A stretch of DNA of 64,000 nt from the NCBI GenBank assembly GCA_949287685.1, contig CASEHF010000001.1, positions 880 to 64,879 on the forward strand, written 5' to 3'. The translations under genes and the position numbers were made by a program. Under the pieces are notes generated by a model that was given only the letters and a program-made list of their open reading frames with translations, searched no databases and was not told where the DNA came from. Position 1 is the first letter of the stretch, and the number at the start of each line of letters is the position of its first letter. Shown one piece after another: positions 18,936 to 26,248 of the stretch. This stretch comes from an uncultured Christensenella sp. (lineage in GTDB: Bacteria; Bacillota; Clostridia; Christensenellales; UBA1242).

Positions 18936-19925
18936 ATGCAAACGGAAGTTTTAGATGATGAAAAAAGAAAAAATGAAGAGACTGAGAGTAAAATCAGTGA
19001 AGCGCAAAATGTCTCAACTCAAGACAGTTCACAGGTTGGTGATATTGAAAATTCTGGTTCTGTAGCGGTCGGTAATTCTAGCAATGCGCCATTAACTGCT
19101 GGTGTTGACATCGATGCAGTTAAGGACCACTTGCAAGAAATTGAGGATGAGTTTGCTTCGCAATATCCTGTATTTAACGAATCGATTTACGAAGGGCTAG
19201 ATTACAAGAGGGTCGAAATGCCTACGGCTGAAACTATCGAACGAGAGGCACAGAGTGATCTTAGTGGATATAGACAGAGCAATATCGAGAATATACAAAT
19301 TGATTATTTGGCGGATGTCAACTCGTTAAAAAACAAGGAAAATGCGGTGCAGAGCGATTTGGATGCCACTCAAAGCGAACTTGGGGCGGAGCGAGTAACT
19401 GGGCTTGCGGAGCAGCAGGCGCAAAATATTTCACAAGGGATTGAGCGCTCGAGCATAGCGGGCAACCGTGCTGCTGCTTTTAATGCCGCGATTGACAAAG
19501 AACTCGAGGCGGCGCTTAATCAGGCAAACACTGAAATGGCAGAAATTTCCTTGAAGCGTGAAATTGCAGAAAGCGAATTTAGACAAGCATTGGAAAATTT
19601 TGATATTACCTATGCTAACAAGTTGGAAAATCGCATTTCGGAGTTGACAAAAGAGTATTCGAAAAAGCAAGCCGAAGCTGTGGAGTACAACGAACGCATT
19701 CAAAAGCAGCGTGAAAGAGTGTATAACGAGTGGAAGCGCTGGGCTGACACCTATACTTCACAACTAGATTCTCAAAAAGGTATGCAAAAAGCGTACTATG
19801 TCATCGACCAGATCAAGGATATGTCTCGCCGCGATGCTAAGGAATTTTTGAAAGATGGAGACATCGTAAAAGCACTTGGTATTTGGTACAACGCTGTACT
19901 TGACTATGTGGACAGAGTCCTATAA
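18936..19925 (+). CDS. phage hypothetical acidic coiled-coil protein
   Basis: GGAGG RBS. Long helical Q/E/A-rich segments. No family recognised. Confidence 0.55.
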   Translation: MQTEVLDDEKRKNEETESKISEAQNVSTQDSSQVGDIENSGSVAVGNSSNAPLTAGVDIDAVKDHLQEIEDEFASQYPVFNESIYEGLDYKRVEMPTAETIEREAQSDLSGYRQSNIENIQIDYLADVNSLKNKENAVQSDLDATQSELGAERVTGLAEQQAQNISQGIERSSIAGNRAAAFNAAIDKELEAALNQANTEMAEISLKREIAESEFRQALENFDITYANKLENRISELTKEYSKKQAEAVEYNERIQKQRERVYNEWKRWADTYTSQLDSQKGMQKAYYVIDQIKDMSRRDAKEFLKDGDIVKALGIWYNAVLDYVDRVL

Positions 19926-19937
19926 AGAGGTAATATA

Positions 19938-20762
19938 ATGAGTCAAAGCTTAAAAAACAGGCTCAAAAGTTACAGTTTTTGGGTGTCACTAGCAAGTGCG
20001 GTATTGCTGCTTGTCCAAGCAATCGGAAAGCCTCTGGGGCTAGTTATCAATGAGGAGATATATATGTCGATTGTCAACAGTGTGCTTGGGGTGTTTGTCG
20101 TGCTCGGTATCATTTCGCATCCTGCGCAAAATTTACTAAGCAACAAGGACAATCAAAGTGCAACGGTTACGGATAGTACGACTACAGATGGGGCTCTAGA
20201 GGTAAAAACTCAAGATATTGTCGCAAAAAGTGCTAAAAATTCAACGAAAAACGAAGTTTTTTCTCAAAATTTAAATAGTTCAACTACTAATACACGCGTT
20301 TTGAAGGAGGAAAACTCAAGCGGTTTAAGCTTAAATTTAAATGATTTGCAAAGTAGCATTGGGCTGACCGTTAATGAAAATTGCAGCAATGCTGATACAT
20401 ATGGCAATACCAGTATAAACGATGATGTTGCTTTGAGTGACATAAATATTAATAAGGCATACACAAACGATACGAGCACTAGGTCATTGAGTTTGGGCAA
20501 CAACATATTAAATAATAGTAGTAATGGAGAATTTGGTGGCACTAATTACATGAATGGAAGTCCTATTCAAAAAGAGATAGGCAATTCTATTCAAAGTGGT
20601 AAAATAAGTAATTTCGATAATCAAAGTCAAGTAGCAAGTTCGACCGTAAATACACCTCATATAATAAACGGTGTCGAAGTAAAAAATTACTTAAGCGGCG
20701 AGATTAAAAACAGTTCGGGTGGTGTAGAACAGGACAATAAAAGCGATAGTGCAGATAGTTAG
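19938..20762 (+). CDS. holin-like protein (phi LC3-family-like N-terminus) with a long S/N/T-rich C-terminal extension
   Basis: The N-terminus LKNRLKSYSFWVSLASAVLLLVQAIGKPLGLVI...VNSVLGVFVVLGIISHP matches my recollection of phi LC3-type holins (W..R.KNKTFW.ALIPA.LLLVQAV...VVNA.F.VL..LGIV.DP). The remaining roughly 200 aa are low complexity. Confidence 0.6.
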   Translation: MSQSLKNRLKSYSFWVSLASAVLLLVQAIGKPLGLVINEEIYMSIVNSVLGVFVVLGIISHPAQNLLSNKDNQSATVTDSTTTDGALEVKTQDIVAKSAKNSTKNEVFSQNLNSSTTNTRVLKEENSSGLSLNLNDLQSSIGLTVNENCSNADTYGNTSINDDVALSDININKAYTNDTSTRSLSLGNNILNNSSNGEFGGTNYMNGSPIQKEIGNSIQSGKISNFDNQSQVASSTVNTPHIINGVEVKNYLSGEIKNSSGGVEQDNKSDSADS

Positions 20763-21322
20763 GATTATTCTGCTACTGCTAAAACTAATTACCTAATTTG
20801 TATGATTTTTATAGTACTGGGAAGGAGGGTGAAAATGCCCTCTTTCTTTTTTATAAATTTTTTACCATGTGTAAAATTAAATAATTATACTTGTATTTTT
20901 TTTTAAAAATAGATAAAAATCAGCATATTTAATCAAAAATATAGTGCTATGCAATAATCTTTAATATTGCATAGTGCTGTAAATTATAAAATTTTTATCA
21001 AACAAAAATTTTTGCTAACCTCGGGGTTTGGGTATTTAAAGTTTACTAAATATTGCTTGATTTGTAAGTGATTATTTTAATGTTACGAGGCAAATTATTG
21101 TATTATTTTTCGATGACAAATGATGTTTTTAGGGCTTAATTTTTGATCTAAACACTTAATATTTTGTATAGGTGTTTTTAGTAAATATTTTCTAAACCAT
21201 GTGAGTTTGATATTCCCAATCAAGTGTGAGGTCTGTTGTTTTTTGCTGTAAAAAACTGTAAATTTAAAAATAAAAAAAGATTGTTAACCTAATTTATAAA
21301 ATAGGCTACAATCTATTTAATC

Positions 21323-21652
21323 TCAATGAGTGGGTAACACTTGCGGATGTCCGCGCGGTTTTGTGTCCTCGGTTAACCCAAGCGCCTCACGCTGGCGCTC
21401 TTGGGTATATTCCTGTAATGCCCTTGCTAGTTGCTCAGGGCAACTGGTACCGTTTTTACATTTTATTCCATCACAGAGGTCTATGACTTCGGCTATTGGT
21501 TTTCCTACAGCGAAGCGCACGAGCGCTTGCAACGCCCCTACGCAACCTCCTAGGAATTTTAAATCTGTGAGAATACCATTGTCATCGACCTCGAATAAAA
21601 TTTGTCTTGAGCAAGTACCTTGCGGTCTGTATGCTTCCATAATTTCCTCCAA
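21323..21652 (-). CDS. TSCPD-domain protein (TIGR03905-like, 4-Cys)
   Basis: The sequence YRPQGTCSRQILFEVDDNGILTDLKFLGGCVGALQALVRFAVGKPIAEVIDLCDGIKCKNGTSCPEQLARAL fits the TIGR03905 pattern as I remember it. Confidence 0.75.
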   Translation of the reverse strand: MEEIMEAYRPQGTCSRQILFEVDDNGILTDLKFLGGCVGALQALVRFAVGKPIAEVIDLCDGIKCKNGTSCPEQLARALQEYTQERQREALGLTEDTKPRGHPQVLPTH

Positions 21653-21655
21653 TTT

Positions 21656-22198
21656 TTAGCCGAGCAGGTTTGTGTACACAAACTCGTAAAAACTCGGCGC
21701 TTTATCTGTCCAAATTTCCACGGCCTTGACAGCATCGGCGCGTGTTTGGAAATTGATTTTGATTTCAAACATCGGTTCGCTGCTGGCGGTCTCAATGATT
21801 TTGAGTGTCACCATATATGTGCCATCGCTGTTTTTGTGAAAATCAGCGACATACTCCTGCAAACGCTTGAAGTACATACGATTAGTCTTGCAAAACTCGC
21901 TAATTTCCTCGCGTGTTTTTTCGGGAACCTCCTCATAGTAGATGCTGAGCCCACTGCGCCCCTTTGCGGTAAGGGTGTAGCGGCAGCGTTTGTTGTCCTG
22001 TGAATCGGGCGTATAGATAAAGCCATCGCGTAGGAGGTCGTGAAAAACCGACACGCACTCCATGTAGTTTATCCAATCGTTTCTAGTCGTGCAGATATCG
22101 AGAATGAACTGCTCGGTGAGCGGAATCTCGATTTGCTCTAGCATATATAGTAGCATTAATTTTGTTTGAAAATCATCGTTGCTAAACTCTAACTTCAC
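21656..22198 (-). CDS. DUF4364-family protein
   Basis: The N-terminus TKLMLLYMLEQIEIPLTEQFILDI...NYMECVSVFHDLLRDGFI and the overall length match the DUF4364 architecture. The gene is encoded immediately upstream of the TSCPD gene on the same strand. Confidence 0.65.
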   Translation of the reverse strand: MKLEFSNDDFQTKLMLLYMLEQIEIPLTEQFILDICTTRNDWINYMECVSVFHDLLRDGFIYTPDSQDNKRCRYTLTAKGRSGLSIYYEEVPEKTREEISEFCKTNRMYFKRLQEYVADFHKNSDGTYMVTLKIIETASSEPMFEIKINFQTRADAVKAVEIWTDKAPSFYEFVYTNLLG

Positions 22199-22363
22199 TT
22201 TTGACCACTCCTCAAATTAAAACATATATATTGTAGCACACGCAAGGAATTAAGGCAAACAAAACAATATGATTTTTTGTAGTAAAATGCCGAAAAATCG
22301 TTTTTATTTTTTAATTAAATATGCTATAATATGTATAATTATTCATAAATCAGGTGGTAAAAA

Positions 22364-23131
22364 GTGGAATTAAACGAGCAGTACGAGGCATTTTGTAATG
22401 CGTGTGATGACTTAAGGGCATCAAAAATCATATTAGCGGATGCAAAAGTTAGTAAAATTTTGAGGAGTGTCGTGTCATGTCCGAGTTTGGTCGAAATTAT
22501 CGGCGATGCGCTGGTAGGGTATAATTATGCGAACGAACTTGGCAAATGCACGACCACCGACCTCGAGGGGAATAAGCACATCAATCTGCCGCCCGAGCCG
22601 TATCGGGTGATTGCGCTGGTGTTCAGTATTCTCACCGAGTTTGATACGCGCAGACTTGACTTGCAGGAGTTTGTGGAGCAGTATTTCCACGCGGACACGA
22701 TTCAGGAGTCTTTTGTGAGATTTTGTGAGGAAATGGTCGTGCCTTTCTGTAACTTTTTGTGCGAATGGGTGGGCTACAAAACGGGTAAAAAGGAGGAGAC
22801 TGTGAGCGAAAACGAGGAAGTCGTAGATATGAGAGAGGACACTAATGAGTGCGGAATCGATAGTGCCGAGGCGCTGTTTGCTGATTTAAAAATTATTTTG
22901 AATCAAATCAAAGAGACCGTGAACCTAGACACAAAAATCAAGGCAGACCGCCTCGATGACTTAAATATCACACTGGATGCATTGCAGGAGAGTTTGGAAT
23001 TAAAGAATTTCAAAATTCTAAACGCCCTGTTAATTAGTCTCAACAATATGTTAAGCCCGATAAAATCGGTCAGATTTTACAATATGGAATTGCAGAACCG
23101 TTTGGCAAAATTTTACGACAGTTATCTATAA
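22364..23131 (+). CDS. hypothetical protein (255 aa, helical, acidic linker)
   Basis: GTG start with an AGGTGG RBS and a clean ORF followed by a terminator. No family recognised. Confidence 0.6.
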   Translation: MELNEQYEAFCNACDDLRASKIILADAKVSKILRSVVSCPSLVEIIGDALVGYNYANELGKCTTTDLEGNKHINLPPEPYRVIALVFSILTEFDTRRLDLQEFVEQYFHADTIQESFVRFCEEMVVPFCNFLCEWVGYKTGKKEETVSENEEVVDMREDTNECGIDSAEALFADLKIILNQIKETVNLDTKIKADRLDDLNITLDALQESLELKNFKILNALLISLNNMLSPIKSVRFYNMELQNRLAKFYDSYL

Positions 23132-23138
23132 AAAATTG

Positions 23139-23165
23139 GATGCGATACCCGCATCTTTTTGTTTT
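23139..23165 (+). terminator. rho-independent terminator
   Basis: Stem GATGCG / CGCATC with a 5-nt loop, then TTTTTGTTTTT. Confidence 0.55.
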
Positions 23166-23280
23166 TATTCATTATACGAAGTATATCATCATAAAACATT
23201 CTTGGGTTAGTACGAGGGTAACATATCAAAAGTGTACCATTATACACTTCAACTATACCGCAGGATTTGTAGTAAAGTCA

Positions 23281-23697
23281 AGCGGAATAGATTCTTCGTC
23301 TCAGGCTCTGTAAGCAGGAAGGCATTCTGAACCCGCCCCGCGTAAGCCCTTTGTAACTCAGCGTAAAGTGAAAGGTACCATTAGGAACACTTAGTAATAC
23401 GCTGCTCGAAGGATCTATTCCTCTTAAAAATCACCAAACTAACTGCAAACAACTATTCAAAGTGCGTAGTCTTATTTAATATGTATGTATTGCGTGTGCG
23501 GCTACGCACCGAAGGATCTATTCCGCTTAAAAAATCCTTGGGTTACAACTAAAAAAATAAGAGGATGATGCTGGGCTGGCGCGAGAGTATGCTTTTCTAA
23601 TTGTAATAAACACTTGCGCGCCAGACTTCCCGCAAGCGGGAAGGCATCCTGAGCGCTCCCTGCGTTAGCCCTTAGACGAAGGATCTATTCCGCTTAA
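23281..23697. repeat. mosaic intergenic repeat cluster R2 (inverted Y, then Z, W, P, A and Y modules)
   Basis: Starts with AAGCGGAATAGATTCTTCGTCTCAGG and ends with AGACGAAGGATCTATTCCGCTTAA, so the ends are inverted. Three forward copies of GAAGGATCTATTCC(G/T)CTTAA lie at 23408, 23511 and 23678. Confidence 0.85.
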
Positions 23698-23739
23698 GTT
23701 GTATTGTTTACCAGTGCATTGGTATTAATGTCTAATTTA

Positions 23740-24165
23740 TCAGTATTCACTTCTGCCTATTAAATAATCAAGACTGACATTTAAGTATTTTGCGATATCA
23801 ACCAGAGTCGAGAAATAGGGAGTGGCTCCTCTTTTCCAACGCGTAAAAGCATCACTAGAAAGATTCAAATCTTTCAGAAATTTATTTTTGCTAATTTGTT
23901 GCTGCTCCAAAATCTCGTTTAAGTTATCGTAAAACTTAATTGTGTAGTTTGTCAATATAGTGTTTTCATTTTCGGGTAAATCTGCGAGATAATCAAGAGA
24001 AACATTCAAGCAATCAGCTATTTTTAAAATATTTGTGAGGCTTGGGGTAAATTTGTCAAGTTCATTAATTGCATTTTTACCGATACCTGCCATTTTGCAA
24101 AATTCACCAATGCTTAGGTTTTTATCTTGCAAAAATTCTAAAATTCTATCTTTTATTGTTTCCAT
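23740..24165 (-). CDS. tandem double XRE-family helix-turn-helix protein
   Basis: Two Cro/C1-type HTH units are present: LSIGEFCKMAGIGKNAINELDK..LKIADCLNVSLDYL and ISKNKFLKDLNLSSDAFTRWKRG..LVDIAKYLNVSLDYLIGRSE. Confidence 0.8.
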   Translation of the reverse strand: METIKDRILEFLQDKNLSIGEFCKMAGIGKNAINELDKFTPSLTNILKIADCLNVSLDYLADLPENENTILTNYTIKFYDNLNEILEQQQISKNKFLKDLNLSSDAFTRWKRGATPYFSTLVDIAKYLNVSLDYLIGRSEY

Positions 24166-24284
24166 AATTCTCTGTTCCGTTGTTTTTTCTAAATTTTATA
24201 AAAATTTTTTATAAAAACGCTTTATTCCCAACAGAACAAGGTATATAATATATAAAAGATTTTTTATATAAAAGGAGAAAATAT

Positions 24285-24824
24285 ATGGAAAGTTGCTGTT
24301 TTTGTGGATTTAAACAATTAAATTTAAAGGAAACGAGCAAAATTGAGGATAAGCTAAGAATTATAATTTGTAGTTTGATTGAGAAGGGTGTGAATACTTT
24401 TTTATTTGGATTGGGTGGGAGACTCGAGCATATTGCGTGGGGAATAGTCACCTCACTAAAGATTGGTGGGCGATATTCAAACCTTGAGCGCGTGCTGTAT
24501 CTAAACACGAAAGACTATGCACTTTTTGAAAGTTACGATTTACTGGCGCATAAATACAGCGTGGAGCATAAGACCGAGGTCGATGCTTTTGAAAAAGTTT
24601 TGGAGTATGAGCCCGATTTGGAAAATATGGAATACTCTGAGTTAGAGAATGTTGCTTTTATGTTGTGTAAGGCTGATGTTTATGTTTGCTATCTCGATAC
24701 TTCTAAAACTATTAGGGACATAGACATAGATAATTTTGAAACTAGAGAAATTGGCGAATACGCAAATTATCTAAATGCTAAAAAATTAAATAAACGCATA
24801 ATTAACCTTTTCTACTATTATTGA
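24285..24824 (+). CDS. divergent SLOG/DUF1273-like protein (tentative)
   Basis: AAGGAGA RBS. The layout CCFCGFKQL..IEKGVNTFLFGLGGRLEHIAWGIVTSLK..RVLYLN..CKADVYVCYLD parallels DUF1273 (ITGHR..G...FI.GGALG.D.WAAE.VL.LK..). The match is loose. Confidence 0.4.
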   Translation: MESCCFCGFKQLNLKETSKIEDKLRIIICSLIEKGVNTFLFGLGGRLEHIAWGIVTSLKIGGRYSNLERVLYLNTKDYALFESYDLLAHKYSVEHKTEVDAFEKVLEYEPDLENMEYSELENVAFMLCKADVYVCYLDTSKTIRDIDIDNFETREIGEYANYLNAKKLNKRIINLFYYY

Positions 24825-24863
24825 TAATCTCCAGCGCCTAATAAAAGCCAATATGAGCGTTCT

Positions 24864-24915
24864 CAGCAGTGCGTAGTCGGTGCGTAGGCGTACCAAAGGA
24901 TCTATTCTGCTTTAA
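24864..24915 (+). repeat. single degenerate W-type repeat unit (cluster R3)
   Basis: CAGCAGTGCGTAGTCGGTGCGTAGGCGTACCAAAGGATCTATTCTGCTTTAA, lying between convergent genes and ending 1 nt before the ylbJ stop. Confidence 0.6.
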
Positions 24916-24916
24916 A

Positions 24917-25909
24917 CTACATAAACACCAGTACGAGCAATAGACAAACTAGCCCCGAAATTACACTTTGCGTGAACTTTTGTAGAAAAAACACAGACTT
25001 TTTCACACCACACTTTGATAAAAAGGTGAGGGCTTGGAAATGAATACTGATTCCGCCCCACGAGATGAGCGCGCACGCAATCGGGGTCAAAATGCGCAAA
25101 TCAACCCCAGAGGTGGCAAGGTCGAGACATCCACGCGTTACCTCAAAAATACCGCTAGAAATCCCCACACTTAAACTTTCAGGCAACCCAACCATACCGA
25201 AAATCGCCCCCAACGCATTTGACAAGGCGGACAAAATGCCAAAATTTCCCAAAACATCGATTAGTATGAAAAATATAGCAATATAGCCACCGACTAGCAA
25301 AATTGAAATAATGGAATCATACATAGTTTTGGATAGAATGTCTTGCGTGTCTTGATTGAGGGTGTATGCGCGGTCGAGGCGCTCGCGCTTGTAACCGTAG
25401 TTGCGGTAAAGTATACCGTTTAATAGCGCACCTATATAGTGCGAAAACAGCATAATTAGCCCAGCCGTGTGGCTAATAAACATCGACACTCCCACAGCCC
25501 CCACAATGAACAGAGGCCCCGAGGTCGAGGCAAAGGCGTTTATTCGCATAATTTGCGCTTTGGTGAGTGCTCCGTTTAGATACATTTCGCTAGTTATCTT
25601 TGCGCCCACAGGGTACCCCGAAATTATCGAGAGTAGGTAAACAATGCCGCTGCTCCCAGGGCAGTGGAAAAGGCTTTGCGTGAACTTGCCAAAATGCGCG
25701 CCGAGGCGGTCTACTACTCGTAGTTTTATTAGCAACCCCGAGAAAAAGAAAAAAGGGAAAAGGGCAGGGAGTACGCTATTTAGCCACACAATTAGCCCGT
25801 TTGTGACCGATTGCATATAGGCGCTAGGGTTTAATACCAGAGCCGCCATAAAGAATAAAATCAGTCCGATTAGGGCTATGTACCTCAGCCGAATAAACAA
25901 AATTCTCAT
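24917..25909 (-). CDS. ylbJ: YlbJ-like sporulation integral membrane protein (nucleoside-recognition/Gate domain family)
   Basis: The sequence VTNGLIVWLNSVLPALFPFFFFSGLLIKL..CPGSSGIVYLLSIISGYPVGAKITSEMY..INAFASTSGPLFIVGAVGVSMF parallels B. subtilis YlbJ block by block. Confidence 0.75.
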   Translation of the reverse strand: MRILFIRLRYIALIGLILFFMAALVLNPSAYMQSVTNGLIVWLNSVLPALFPFFFFSGLLIKLRVVDRLGAHFGKFTQSLFHCPGSSGIVYLLSIISGYPVGAKITSEMYLNGALTKAQIMRINAFASTSGPLFIVGAVGVSMFISHTAGLIMLFSHYIGALLNGILYRNYGYKRERLDRAYTLNQDTQDILSKTMYDSIISILLVGGYIAIFFILIDVLGNFGILSALSNALGAIFGMVGLPESLSVGISSGIFEVTRGCLDLATSGVDLRILTPIACALISWGGISIHFQALTFLSKCGVKKSVFFLQKFTQSVISGLVCLLLVLVFM

Positions 25910-25966
25910 AGTTTATTTTATTACGCGCGCGCGACAATTATAACGAGTATAACAAAAAGCACGGTA

Positions 25967-26045
25967 AGTGGAATAGAGTACATGACTGGCGCTGAAACGC
26001 TTAGCAACGATTAAGAGTGTTTACATGCGCGCCAGCCCAGTGTCC
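25967..26045 (-). repeat. degenerate reverse-oriented A-type repeat unit (cluster R4)
   Basis: The reverse complement reads GGGCTGGCGCGCATGTAAACACTCTTAATCG..CAGCGCCAGTCATGTACTCTATTCCACTT, which resembles module A plus the terminal motif. Confidence 0.45.
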
Positions 26046-26248
26046 ACTTAAAAACACTCTGCGGGTCGATATTTAGGATAACCTCTCTTTTCATATAGAT
26101 ATTCTATATTCTTTACAACATTTGCCAAAAAGTTAAAAAATTATCCAAAAAAGGCTAAAAAGATTTGCAAAAAATAATTAAAATTGCTAAAATTAACTTG
26201 TTCAAAATATTGCTAATCGAATTTAATAACATAACAAGCGAGGTTTTT

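Larger units (their letters stand above)
7253..20762 (+). mobile_element. phage-derived late/morphogenesis gene cluster (prophage remnant, compact podovirus-like prophage arm, or domesticated capsid element); boundaries uncertain
   Basis: Tightly packed co-directional genes: regulator, TerL, portal, scaffold, two capsid genes, five unknowns and a holin. No integrase, replication genes, tape measure or endolysin are recognisable in the window. Confidence 0.6.

Noticed and set aside
21330-22026. Plus-strand ORFs 21330..21659 and 21620..22003, and minus-strand ORFs 21559..21795 and 21808..22026.
   Set aside because: They mirror or overlap the TSCPD and DUF4364 genes, whose translations match known family patterns. 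The alternatives have no recognisable features.
23281-23697. Possible CRISPR array, suggested by the many copies of the 20-mer GAAGGATCTATTCCGCTTAA.
   Set aside because: The copies are irregularly spaced (for example 103 and 167 nt apart) and occur in both orientations. The sequences between them are themselves repeated modules, and no cas genes are present. This fits a mosaic REP/MITE-like family, not CRISPR.
563-23697. Repeat clusters R1 and R2 as attL/attR of a 22-kb integrated element spanning the envelope genes, the phage cluster and the TSCPD/DUF4364 genes.
   Set aside because: The same repeat family occurs at six other unrelated loci in the window, so the shared sequence is not specific to these two sites. 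The enclosed region also includes typical core Clostridial genes.
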